The position numbers were made by a program, and so were the translations under genes. A stretch of DNA of 64,000 bases, from the IMG/VR virus record IMGVR_UViG_3300011008_002712; one strand, written 5' to 3'. The number at the start of each line of letters is the position of its first letter. Positions within the stretch are counted from its first letter, which is position 1. The stretch comes from a virus (taxonomy: Duplodnaviria; Caudoviricetes). Shown here piece by piece: positions 30,135 through 39,298 of this stretch. Under the pieces are notes generated by a model. That model did no database searches and had not been told where the DNA came from. It worked only from the letters and a program-made list of their open reading frames with translations.

Positions 30135-30791
30135 CTAGAGTGTAATTTTTCCTTTCATGTCTTTAAAGATAATACGGTGCAAGGTCAAACATTCTATTAT
30201 TAATCTATCTAAATAAAATCTTGAATGATAGCTTAGATCTTTATATAAACTAGAAAATTTAAAATTTTTTCCATTGTTAATTAAATCAGCATATGCCATT
30301 TCAGCTATATATTTCAAAGAATGTTTTTGTTTTATATCTTTATCTGTTATATATTCTACTTGATAATTGCCATCTAATAAAACATATCCATTAAGTTTTG
30401 TCTTATCTATAGCATTCAATATTTTGGAATCATTGCAATATTGTAAATCTTCATATGCAATAATTACTTTATTGTAATTTCTCAAAAAATAATTATAATA
30501 CAATGTTTCCATATCTTCATCTTTAAATAATTTTTCTGTTTCTTTTACAAATTTCCTATAAAATGAATCAGTAAGCAGTCTATATTTTGTTCTAATATAC
30601 AGCAAATAACATTCTGTCGATTCGTTTTCTTTTTCATCAATAATGTCTTCTAATACTTTATCTGCCAGTTGTTTTAATTGTTGTTCTTTTAAGTCACTGC
30701 ATCTTTTTAAACATTGATAAATGCTATTATAGAAATCTTTTTCTTCCCATCCATAAGCTTTAGCAAGATTAATAATAAAAAAATTGTTCAT
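30135..30791 (-). CDS. hypothetical protein
   Basis: GAGGAG RBS. Confidence 0.7.
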   Translation of the reverse strand: MNNFFIINLAKAYGWEEKDFYNSIYQCLKRCSDLKEQQLKQLADKVLEDIIDEKENESTECYLLYIRTKYRLLTDSFYRKFVKETEKLFKDEDMETLYYNYFLRNYNKVIIAYEDLQYCNDSKILNAIDKTKLNGYVLLDGNYQVEYITDKDIKQKHSLKYIAEMAYADLINNGKNFKFSSLYKDLSYHSRFYLDRLIIECLTLHRIIFKDMKGKITL

Positions 30792-30916
30792 TCTAATCTC
30801 CTCTAATAGAAAGGAGAGACTTTAATATATGCCTCTCCTTTCAAAACAACATGTTTTCACTGAACAATTTATTTTATTAAAAAAGCAAAAATTAGTAATT
30901 TTTTCTCCTATAAACA

Positions 30917-30943
30917 CAAAAAGAGTAGATTTTATCTACTCTT
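30917..30943 (-). terminator. intrinsic terminator of the tRNA operon
   Basis: AAGAGTAGAT/ATCTACTCTT stem with U run on the minus strand. Confidence 0.7.
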
Positions 30944-30951
30944 ATGCATAT

Positions 30952-31104
30952 TGGCATCTGTGACAAACTCCCACAGCGGAATATAGAAAAAATTGAATCC
31001 AACATACTTGTGCTGAATCACCCAGTGCTCAATCGGTATGCTATGCACACTTTAGCCGAACAACAGGCACACTGCTGATGCACAGCGTAATAACCAGATG
31101 ACCA
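30952..31104 (-). ncRNA. putative structured ncRNA
   Basis: GC-richer and ORF-free; closing helix GG(U)CAUCUG/CAGAUGCC with internal stems; lies in a tRNA transcription unit. Confidence 0.45.
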
Positions 31105-31247
31105 TGAAAGTAATAAACGTTGCCTACTTTTACTCTAATAAAAGTGAATTCTTAAGGCGCATCAGTAAAAAATCTTAAGAATTATTTTTTAGCCATCTAC
31201 GGTCACTCTCGCCATTTTAGCTCAAACGAGTTCCTCCGGCTAATAAA

Positions 31248-31526
31248 TCAATTTAATAAGAGAGTAAGAAGCCAAACATGACTCTTATTTGTGCTTTTCT
31301 CTCTATGACAAAAAATTTTCAACAAAACGTCAATATCATTTTTTTTGATTTGTGTTATTGAATATGAAAAATTATAATCTTTAGATGCATCTTCCATGAT
31401 GCTTTTTACTGCGTTTACACTCCATCTAACGCATTCAAACATAATGATAAAATCATCGCCACGTATGGTATCAAATGTTTCTTTTAGTTTCTCATACGGT
31501 TTTATCTTAAAGATTCTTGCTTCCAT
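31248..31526 (-). CDS. hypothetical protein
   Basis: ORF from MEARIF downstream of tRNA-Arg. Confidence 0.5.
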   Translation of the reverse strand: MEARIFKIKPYEKLKETFDTIRGDDFIIMFECVRWSVNAVKSIMEDASKDYNFSYSITQIKKNDIDVLLKIFCHREKSTNKSHVWLLTLLLN

Positions 31527-31544
31527 GCCAATCTGTTTCTTTCT

Positions 31545-31621
31545 TGGTGACCCTGGTGTGATTCGAACACACGACACAAGGATTAGAAGTCCTTTGCTCT
31601 AGTCCACTGAGCTACAGAGCC
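31545..31621 (-). tRNA. tRNA-Arg(UCU)
   Basis: Cloverleaf, AAGGA-CT TCT AA-TCCTT, TTCGAAT, encoded CCA. Confidence 0.95.
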
Positions 31622-31640
31622 GAATTTTTATGAATAAATT

Positions 31641-31714
31641 TGGAGCGAGTGAAGAGAATCGAACTCTTATTGTCAGAGTGGAAGTCTGGCGTTCTACCAT
31701 TGAACTACACTCGC
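31641..31714 (-). tRNA. tRNA-Gly(UCC)
   Basis: GCGAGTG/CACTCGC, U73, loop CT TCC AC, CCA. Confidence 0.95.
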
Positions 31715-31738
31715 CAATTTACCAAACCTTATGTATCT

Positions 31739-31767
31739 ATTATAATCCAATAGAAAATAAAAGTAAA
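31739..31767 (-). promoter_or_regulatory. promoter for tRNA-Gly/Arg
   Basis: TTTACT-N17-TATAAT. Confidence 0.75.
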
Positions 31768-31805
31768 TAGTTTTTTTCATATTTTCAATGAATTTGTAAC
31801 TCAAA

Positions 31806-31891
31806 TGGAGCTGGATGTCAGATTCGAACTGACGAGGACTTTCGTCTCCGGCTTACAAAACCGGTGCAATCGACCACTATGCGAATCCAGC
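31806..31891 (-). tRNA. tRNA with UGU (Thr) anticodon and long variable arm
   Basis: GCTGGAT/ATCCAGC; CCGGT-TT TGT AA-GCCGG; V-arm GAC-GAAA-GTC; CCA. Confidence 0.85.
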
Positions 31892-31945
31892 ATAAAATAG
31901 ATAAGGTGTTATCTTAATTTGACAACACCTTATCCAATTTTTAAA

Positions 31946-32581
31946 TCAAGGCCATTCGCCAAGAGGACCATTGAGAGAAGTATTTTGACGCTTCAACCAA
32001 GTAAAAGCATAACCTAACTGAAGTGCATCATTTTTCGTTCCAAGCATATCTGTGAATGAAAGTTCTCCAGTGAGACTGTTTGCAATAACAATTGCTACGC
32101 TAACCTTTGGATCTTTAACAACTGGAGCGACTTCTGCTGCGAAAATGTGATTTGTTCCCTTAGTAACTTGCGAACCAAGATAAGCAAATGGCTTAAGATC
32201 CGTTCCAACAAAACCATGAAGGACATCTGTCAGTGCCTTAGATGCTTCTTCTGGGATATCAGTAGTAACATCTACTTTAATGCCACCAAGTTCTCCACCA
32301 GATTCAACAACGCGTTCAATATTTACAAGAGTAGCTTCCATATCGTTTGGCTTCTCGTTGAAAATAAGAACTACAACATTCTTAGTATCTTTTCCAGAAA
32401 GAACAGTCTGTTCTGCAAGCACAGCATGGTTTATTCCATTTACAGATTGCTTTCCAAGATAAGCAATTGCCTTATATTCTACACCAATTAGCTTATCACT
32501 CAAACCACTAAGAGCAGAAGCTACCTTCTGTGGATAACCACTTGTAGATACGTTTACTTCCCATGAACCAAAATTGCTCAT
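31946..32581 (-). CDS. protein with two cystatin-like repeats
   Basis: AYLGKQSVNGINH and AYLGSQVTKGTNH duplicated; GGGAGG RBS; terminator follows. Confidence 0.7.
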   Translation of the reverse strand: MSNFGSWEVNVSTSGYPQKVASALSGLSDKLIGVEYKAIAYLGKQSVNGINHAVLAEQTVLSGKDTKNVVVLIFNEKPNDMEATLVNIERVVESGGELGGIKVDVTTDIPEEASKALTDVLHGFVGTDLKPFAYLGSQVTKGTNHIFAAEVAPVVKDPKVSVAIVIANSLTGELSFTDMLGTKNDALQLGYAFTWLKRQNTSLNGPLGEWP

Positions 32582-32719
32582 AAAAATATATTCCTCCCTA
32601 ATAAATTGACTTTAAATCTTGTTACACAATTAATTTAGAAGTTGTAACATTTGATTTATTATTATCAACTTTTATGTTTTATAAACTTTTTTATAATGAA
32701 ATACTTGATTATTTAAAAA

Positions 32720-32807
32720 TGGAGGAAGCGGAGAGATTCGAACTCTCGGTGGTGTTACCCACTCTTGTTTTCAGGACAAGTACCATAAACCACTCGGTCA
32801 CGCTTCC
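32720..32807 (-). tRNA. tRNA-Ser(UGA) with C33
   Basis: Class II cloverleaf; CTTGT-CC TGA AA-ACAAG; CCA. Confidence 0.9.
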
Positions 32808-32899
32808 ATCATATATCACCATAATAATATTTTTCCAATTGAACAGTTTGAGTACCGCTCCATTAATTTTTATTCTAGTATAAAAAATGAAAATGTAAC

Positions 32900-33589
32900 T
32901 TAGATTATATGGAAAAAAATGAAGAAAAACAACAAAAAGATAATTAATATTTCGACAAATAAAAAAATAAGTTTTTTCCTTGCATCACTATCTTCATATT
33001 CTTTTATCTTATCATTTATAACTCTTTCTAATGGCACAGCTAATAATTTAGCATATTGGCGATTTCCATCATCTGATAAATGCATCTTGTCTTGTTTGTA
33101 AAAAGAATGATTTTTTTCATATTCAAATTTTTCGATGTCAAATGCACTAACATATTCTATGTCATTGTTTTTGCAATAATCTTTGAGCTTGTTTAAATAG
33201 ATTGAAAGAAAATGATTAAATCTAACATCTTCAAATCTCATTTTTCCATATCCACACATTAAAACATTTATACCAGATTTATTGCATTTCTTTATTATTT
33301 TTACAGCGCGTTCAAATGCTTTATTAGCACCATACTCAATGTCAATTTCCAAAAAGAAATCATTTATGCCAACACTAATAATTACTATGTCAGGATGAAA
33401 AGAAAAAACATCTTTTTCCAATTTTTCTAATACATCTATTGTACTATCTTTATTTTCACCCAGATTGCAATAAATGTGTTCTGGGAACATATTGATAAGT
33501 TGATCTAGCCAATGGTTCTCATTTTTAGTAGGAGTTATCCAAAAATCTCCAATTGTAATAATCGTAAGTGCATCTTTCAATTTTTTCAC
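32900..33589 (-). CDS. SGNH/GDSL-hydrolase-like membrane protein (nucleophile Ser apparently absent)
   Basis: GDF in place of GDS; G.ND and D.MH motifs; C-terminal hydrophobic helix. Confidence 0.75.
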   Translation of the reverse strand: MKKLKDALTIITIGDFWITPTKNENHWLDQLINMFPEHIYCNLGENKDSTIDVLEKLEKDVFSFHPDIVIISVGINDFFLEIDIEYGANKAFERAVKIIKKCNKSGINVLMCGYGKMRFEDVRFNHFLSIYLNKLKDYCKNNDIEYVSAFDIEKFEYEKNHSFYKQDKMHLSDDGNRQYAKLLAVPLERVINDKIKEYEDSDARKKLIFLFVEILIIFLLFFFIFFHII

Positions 33590-33683
33590 CTCTTATTTTA
33601 CAAAAACAAGATACAAGAAAAACGAAAAATTTATTTACAAACAAAAAAAAGATGCTTCAATAATGAAGCACCTTTTGTATCTA

Positions 33684-34928
33684 TTAAAATAGGAATTCAA
33701 TTCTTCCAAATAATGTTTTAGCATTATTTCGGTTAAGTGCACTATCATTCTTTCCCTTGAAGTACTTGATAGAAGTAATCACATTTTTGAAAGGTACATA
33801 TTTTGCGCCAACTTCAAAACCTTTTTGTCCTGCACGCATTGCGTCGAAGTGACTACCAAATACAGTATTTTCGCCAAGGTTACGATATGCAGCATATACG
33901 CCGTAAGAATTCTTACGTTCTGGATTTATTCCCTTATAATCAAGTTGTAGCTGCCATGCATTATTACGATAATCTGCAGATGTGTTCTTGGAATAAACGG
34001 CGGAAAATGCTACATTTTTATCAAATGCATATTTTGCATTTACACCCCAAACACGTGCATGATTCTTATTTGCATTCTTTGTATAAGCAAAAGATTCTAA
34101 GTTCTTGCTCTTTAATGCTTGGAATTCTGCACCGCCAACAAATTTGCCAGTATTATGTTTATATTGGATGAACTGATAATTCGCTGTATCGCCATTACCG
34201 TTGAAATATAGGTTATCGGCATATTTGCCGGAATAACGACCTGCACCTAGTTCAACACTATTTTTGCCGAGTACGCCAACTTTCACACCTGAGAATGAAT
34301 CTTCATCGTTATTAAAGATGATGGAGTTATTAACAGGCATCTTGCCGAGACTTGCATTTACCTTGCCAAAATTACCGTTTACATAAACATGCTGCAGGAT
34401 AACCTTGTTTTCATGTTCTTTATCATAATCTTCTTTCATATTGTGATAAGCATCTAAACGAACATGAGCAGTAAAATTATCATTAATTTCAATGCTTGGT
34501 TCTAAGCGAAGTAGAAGTTGGTTATCGTTCAGCTTGATTCCGTTAAAACGCTCAGAACGATATGTATAACGAACTTTACCATTCCACTTTACCATATCAG
34601 CATGTTTCTCAAGATTAGAAACGCGAACACCAAGATTATTAAGCTCTTCGCTAAATTCAGCAGAAAGCTTGTCGATGATAACTTGATGCTTAGCATCTGC
34701 GTTTGCAATAGCACGAGCAGTAGCTTGAGCCATTTCATAACGAGTCATAAGACGATCGCCGCGATATGTGCTATCCCCATAACCTTCAATAATACCGTCA
34801 TCAGCAAGCTGTTGAACCGCATCATAAGACCAATGATCTCTTGGGACATCTGAAAAAGGATTCGCAGCAGCGAAAGCCACACTTGATGTTGCAATTAACA
34901 TCATGATTGCAATTAATATTTTCTTCAT
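33684..34928 (-). CDS. OmpM/Mep45-like outer-membrane porin with SLH domain
   Basis: Signal peptide; NPFSDVP.DHWSY.AV..L...GIIEGY...TRYEMAQ SLH; LSAEF.EEL..LGVRV coil; beta-rich C-terminus ending in Phe. Confidence 0.92.
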   Translation of the reverse strand: MKKILIAIMMLIATSSVAFAAANPFSDVPRDHWSYDAVQQLADDGIIEGYGDSTYRGDRLMTRYEMAQATARAIANADAKHQVIIDKLSAEFSEELNNLGVRVSNLEKHADMVKWNGKVRYTYRSERFNGIKLNDNQLLLRLEPSIEINDNFTAHVRLDAYHNMKEDYDKEHENKVILQHVYVNGNFGKVNASLGKMPVNNSIIFNNDEDSFSGVKVGVLGKNSVELGAGRYSGKYADNLYFNGNGDTANYQFIQYKHNTGKFVGGAEFQALKSKNLESFAYTKNANKNHARVWGVNAKYAFDKNVAFSAVYSKNTSADYRNNAWQLQLDYKGINPERKNSYGVYAAYRNLGENTVFGSHFDAMRAGQKGFEVGAKYVPFKNVITSIKYFKGKNDSALNRNNAKTLFGRIEFLF

Positions 34929-35142
34929 GAAAACGCACCTCTAAAAATTATATTTACGCGGTTTTCATCAAGAGTGTCCAGGTTTCCTCTTCAAAACCAC
35001 GCAGTTATAAAATATTGCGTGTTTATTCAAAAATAACAGTTTGCTTTAATTTATTTATCTATTTTTTTACATAAAAAAAGACCAAGAATAAATCTTGATC
35101 TTCTTGAAGGATATGATGATATTATGATTGTAAAAACCCTAT

Positions 35143-35217
35143 TGGTGATCCCTAAGAGAATCGAACTCTTACCTTCGCCGTGAAAGGGCGACGTCTTAAC
35201 CGTTTGACTAAGGGACC
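35143..35217 (-). tRNA. tRNA-Glu(UUC)
   Basis: TCGCC-CT TTC AC-GGCGA; CCA; promoter at 35245..35273. Confidence 0.95.
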
Positions 35218-35313
35218 ATATGATCAATTTGAACATACAATTTTATTATAAACCATTTTTACATTTTTGTAAATAATTTTTTTAATAAAATAAAAATAAA
35301 AAAGGAGAAAATT

Positions 35314-36306
35314 ATGATAAAAGTATCAGAACTTACTCAAACACCAGATAACAAATATATTTGTCCTTATTGCCAAAAAATATATAGCAAGCATGGAATT
35401 GCTACTCATATTTGGAGAAATCATACAGAAGAAGGCAAAAATTTTAATCCTGATTCTAATAGAGGCTATAGAGATGGTACTAGAACAGTTTGGAATAAAG
35501 GATTAACGAAAGAAACTAATAAAAGCGTTGCTAAAATTGGTAAAACGCTTACAGAAAAATACGCTACTGGAGAAATTGTTAGTAATTGTCATAAACATAC
35601 AGAAGAAGCAAAAGAAAAAATTAGACAAGCAAGAAAGAAAACTCTGTCTAAAAAAGGGAAAATGCCTAATAAGAAAAAATCTTGTTATGAAAACCGTATT
35701 CTAAGATTGTTAAAAGAAAACAATATACAAGAAAATTATGTCAATAATTACAAGATTTCTTACAAAGAAGAAAAAACTAAAACATATTGGTATGACATAG
35801 CTTTTCCTGATTTATTACTAGACATAGAAACAGATGGCTGGGAACATGAAATTCAAAATCATGTTGAAAGCGATCAGTACAGAGATTATTTAAGTATCAA
35901 ATATGGATGGAATGTACTAAGACTCAAAAATAAAGAAATAAAAGACTGGAGCGACAATCAACTTTTATCAGTTATTTTAGATGAAATTGAGAAAGCAAAA
36001 GTTGACATAGAAGAACGAAAATTAAAGTATGAAAAAAATCCATATCTGCATAAGAAAAAATCTAAGACTATAGAACAAATAAAACAAGAGCGCATTAAAC
36101 TCGCTAAAGAACGTGTAGAAAAAATAAAAAAAGCTAATATTGATTTTTCTGCTTGGAAATGGCGTGCAAAAGTAGCTGAGATATTAAATATATCTCCACA
36201 AAAAGCCGCTAATTTTGTTAAAAAATGGATGCCAGAAATTTATGAAACATGCAAAAAACATTCAAAAAAAGGAACCCTAATGGGGTTCCTTGTTATTTTT
36301 TGGTAG
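35314..36306 (+). CDS. putative homing endonuclease (C2H2 finger + NUMOD3 + DUF559/Vsr-like nuclease)
   Basis: CPYC..H...H; WNKGLTK; HTEEAKEKIR; YDIAFP..DIETDG.EH..D..RD..GW.VLR. Confidence 0.8.
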   Translation: MIKVSELTQTPDNKYICPYCQKIYSKHGIATHIWRNHTEEGKNFNPDSNRGYRDGTRTVWNKGLTKETNKSVAKIGKTLTEKYATGEIVSNCHKHTEEAKEKIRQARKKTLSKKGKMPNKKKSCYENRILRLLKENNIQENYVNNYKISYKEEKTKTYWYDIAFPDLLLDIETDGWEHEIQNHVESDQYRDYLSIKYGWNVLRLKNKEIKDWSDNQLLSVILDEIEKAKVDIEERKLKYEKNPYLHKKKSKTIEQIKQERIKLAKERVEKIKKANIDFSAWKWRAKVAEILNISPQKAANFVKKWMPEIYETCKKHSKKGTLMGFLVIFW

Positions 36307-36377
36307 GGGCGGTGGGAGTTGAACCCACGACTTCCGGCTTATAAGGCCGATACTCTGACCTGCTGAGTTACACCCCA
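36301..36377 (-). tRNA. tRNA-Ile(UAU), U1.U72 mismatch
   Basis: TCGGC-CT TAT AA-GCCGG; A73; CCA. Confidence 0.85.
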
Positions 36378-36704
36378 ATTATATTTGTACTATTTCAATG
36401 TGTGTATATAAACAAAATAGTAAACCTAAACAAAATTATCAATGAAAATTTCTCTAAATGTTTATTTGAATCTACAAACTTTACAATTTATTATTTTATT
36501 TTCTTTTGTCTTTATAATTTTGTTTTTAAAGAAATGCTGAGTTTGTTTCTATTTTCATATAAGTTTTCCAGCAGCATTAAATCATTTTTATAAACAAAAA
36601 CACATGCTCTAAAAAATCATGCTCAGTTATTAAAATTGAAACATTACACAAAATAAATCTGCATGTCAATAATTTCTTGACATGCAGATAAAACATTTAT
36701 GGTT

Positions 36705-36757
36705 TGTTGGCGAAGAGTAAAATTTGAAAGATGAAAAAGGAACTCTTTATGCCAACA
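36705..36757 (-). ncRNA. conserved stem RNA, copy 1
   Basis: UGUUGGC-AUA-AAGAGU-UCCUUUUU...U-ACUCUU-C-GCCAACA. Confidence 0.65.
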
Positions 36758-36808
36758 TATATGTTAAATAAAATTAAAATGATTTTATAAACATTTTTTG
36801 TTAAATGC

Positions 36809-37927
36809 TTAAATTTTTGTGATAAAACAATTATCTAAATCTATAGTCAATGGAGTCTTTAATCTATTAAATTGTCTTATCTTATTTGTTAAATTATTAA
36901 TATCAAAAATACAACCCAAATATTGTTTGATGCATTTAATTTTATTGCTATTTATCAGTGATACTGTATATCCAAGCTGACGAAATGCATTTATATATTT
37001 ATCAACATATTGTTGTTCATATAATCCTTTAATTTCAAAAACATGTTTATCAATAACAAAATCACAAATATAAGTTTTCTCTTCATCAGATGCTCGTACA
37101 CTTTCATAAGAGAAATCAATATCCAGTAATTTCAAAAAACATGCAAAAATAAATTCATAAGTACTTCGTAACCAAATTTTTTCTCCATGATAAATAATAA
37201 AACATCCTCTGCCTCTTGGAGAACATATTGTTGGTACTTTTATCTTCCCGGTTTTATATCCTTGTTTTCTTGATATTGATTGTTTTTGATATTGTCTATC
37301 AAGTTCTTCTTGCGATTTATTATTATATGTACGTTTATAAGTTCTAACTCTTTTTTCTATAGATTCTTTTGTTTGAAGCGATTTCCAAGATCGTTTTGCA
37401 CTTTCATATCTTGGATCATTTTTTGTAATACCTTTTGACCATCCTTGATGTCCATCAAATGGTTTCCTTGGTTCGCGTTTTAAATGAGCTTTGCAATAAC
37501 TACAATGAGCTCCGTAACCACTTTGATTTTCAAATTTACGACCACATTCACATGTATACATTGGATTTAATGTAATATCATTATCTTTTAAAAATTTATT
37601 AACTGCATTATAATTAACATCAAAATGTTTTGATAATTCTTGTTTTGATGCTGTTGGATGTTCTTGCAAATATTGCAAAATAGAGTCTTTATCTAAAACA
37701 CCATTATAATGATGACGTTTTATTACTGGTTGAGAAGGTTTTTTTCTTTTAAAACATATCTTCCAAATTTCCGGATAACATGTTTCTAATGTTTTTTGTA
37801 ATGTTCGATAATCGCAATTTATTATTTCTAACGATTTACCTAACCAACCAAACTGCGTAAAATCGATACCAGCATCTATCAACTCTGGTATCCGATTAGA
37901 AATTTCTTCTTTTGTCAAATTAATCAC
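36809..37927 (-). CDS. putative homing endonuclease (HTH, Zn finger, NUMOD-like, PD-(D/E)xK nuclease)
   Basis: RSTYE..YE..YICDF..EIKG; N-terminal IDF..FGW module. Confidence 0.75.
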   Translation of the reverse strand: MINLTKEEISNRIPELIDAGIDFTQFGWLGKSLEIINCDYRTLQKTLETCYPEIWKICFKRKKPSQPVIKRHHYNGVLDKDSILQYLQEHPTASKQELSKHFDVNYNAVNKFLKDNDITLNPMYTCECGRKFENQSGYGAHCSYCKAHLKREPRKPFDGHQGWSKGITKNDPRYESAKRSWKSLQTKESIEKRVRTYKRTYNNKSQEELDRQYQKQSISRKQGYKTGKIKVPTICSPRGRGCFIIYHGEKIWLRSTYEFIFACFLKLLDIDFSYESVRASDEEKTYICDFVIDKHVFEIKGLYEQQYVDKYINAFRQLGYTVSLINSNKIKCIKQYLGCIFDINNLTNKIRQFNRLKTPLTIDLDNCFITKI

Positions 37928-37986
37928 CTGTATTATTTTAGGTGAAAATTTGTAATGCTAATTCGTTAAACTAAAAAATACAAAAA

Positions 37987-38073
37987 TGGTACCGGCTCCG
38001 GGACTTGAACCCGGACGGGATTTCTCCCAGGGGAGTTTAAGTCCCCTACGTCTTCCGATTCCGTCAAGCCGGC
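37987..38073 (-). tRNA. tRNA-Leu(UAA)
   Basis: Class II; GGGGA-CT TAA AC-TCCCC; A73; CCA. Confidence 0.95.
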
Positions 38074-38079
38074 ACTTTT

Positions 38080-38143
38080 AGGCTTAGCGGAAAGTAATCA
38101 TTTATCCCAAAAAATGTAAAAAGGAACTTTCTATGCCAAACCT
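38080..38143 (-). ncRNA. conserved stem RNA, copy 2
   Basis: AGGUUUGGC-AUA-GAAAGU-UCCUUUUU...U-ACUUUC-C-GCUAAGCCU; starts just after the promoter at 38153..38181. Confidence 0.65.
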
Positions 38144-38247
38144 TATAAATTTATTATAATACATTATGAAGCAAAAGTAAACCGTTTTTTGTACATTTTC
38201 AAGTTATTTTGCAACTCAAATTTTTTAAAATAAATTTGGTGATATAG

Positions 38248-38979
38248 ATGGGAAGAAATTATTGGGAAGGTAAACATCATACAGAAGAAACAAAAGAAAA
38301 AATAAGAAGAAGTGCTTTAAAAAATAAAACAAAATTTACAAACAGATTTAAAGCGAAAAGTATTTCCAATTTAGAAAAAAGAATCATTGATTTGTTGAAC
38401 TTACATAAAATTACCGGATGGGAAAACGATTATGTAGTTTTTTACAGAGAAAATAAAAACTTTTTTAGAAGATATCTATATGACATAGCTTTTCCTGATT
38501 TGCTAATAGACATAGAGACAGATGGATGGGAACATAATCTAAAACATAGAAGAAAAACAGACGCAGTCAGAGATGAAATAAGCAAAAAATATGGATGGAT
38601 TGTATTACGCTTAAAATCAGAAGATATGAATTTATTAGAAGATGATCATCTTTTTTGTATGATACAAAAAATAATTGAAGAAGCAAAACATTCTATCGAT
38701 AAAAGAAAGCAATTATGGGATTCAAATCCTTATTTTGCTTGGAAACAAAACCAGAAAATAAGAAAAACAAAAGAAGAAAGAAAACAAGAATTTTCTCAGC
38801 TAGTGCAAACAAGGATTCAACAAATAACAGCTTCTAACATAGATTTCTCTAAATGGGGATGGAGTAAAGAAGTTTCAAAAATTATTGGAATAACACCACA
38901 AAAAAGTGCTTCTTTTATTAAAACATACATGCCAGAAGTTTATGAAACATGTAAAAAACAAACGAAAAAGGAGAGATAA
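38248..38979 (+). CDS. putative homing endonuclease (NUMOD3 + DUF559/Vsr-like), paralogue of 35314..36306
   Basis: GKHHTEETKEKIR; YDIAFPDLLIDIETDGWEH. Confidence 0.8.
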   Translation: MGRNYWEGKHHTEETKEKIRRSALKNKTKFTNRFKAKSISNLEKRIIDLLNLHKITGWENDYVVFYRENKNFFRRYLYDIAFPDLLIDIETDGWEHNLKHRRKTDAVRDEISKKYGWIVLRLKSEDMNLLEDDHLFCMIQKIIEEAKHSIDKRKQLWDSNPYFAWKQNQKIRKTKEERKQEFSQLVQTRIQQITASNIDFSKWGWSKEVSKIIGITPQKSASFIKTYMPEVYETCKKQTKKER

Positions 38980-39114
38980 CTACTCTCCTTTTTCTTCTTT
39001 ATTTTCTTCTCTTTGTTTTCTAATTGCTTCAACCTTGGCTTCAATTACAGGAATAGTATCGTTTTCGCTGTCGATTTTGTTATATTCTGGAATTTCGTTT
39101 TTATTTTCACTCAT
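38980..39114 (-). CDS. small acidic hypothetical protein
   Basis: GAGG RBS before ATG 39114 (MSENKNEIP). Confidence 0.5.
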   Translation of the reverse strand: MSENKNEIPEYNKIDSENDTIPVIEAKVEAIRKQREENKEEKGE

Positions 39115-39140
39115 AATATAAACCTCTTCAATGAATTTTT

Positions 39141-39214
39141 TGGCACGCCCATTCCGATTCGAACGGAAATCAATGGTTTTGGAGACCATCACCTAGCCGC
39201 TCGGTCATGAGCTC
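39141..39214 (-). tRNA. tRNA-Trp(CCA) with G1.U72 and A2xG71
   Basis: ATGGT-CT CCA AA-ACCAT; G73; CCA. Confidence 0.85.
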
Positions 39215-39219
39215 TATGT

Positions 39220-39295
39220 TGGCTCCTCGAACAGGACTCGAACCTGTGACATTCTGATTAACAGTCAGATGTTCTACCGACTGAACTATCGAGGA
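39220..39295 (-). tRNA. tRNA-Asn(GUU)
   Basis: TCTGA-CT GTT AA-TCAGA; G73; CCA. Confidence 0.95.
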
Positions 39296-39298
39296 GTA

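Noticed and set aside
31806-31891. tRNA-Tyr(GUA) assignment
   Set aside because: Centring the loop on GUA breaks the anticodon stem, and U73 and the GCUG start do not fit Tyr.
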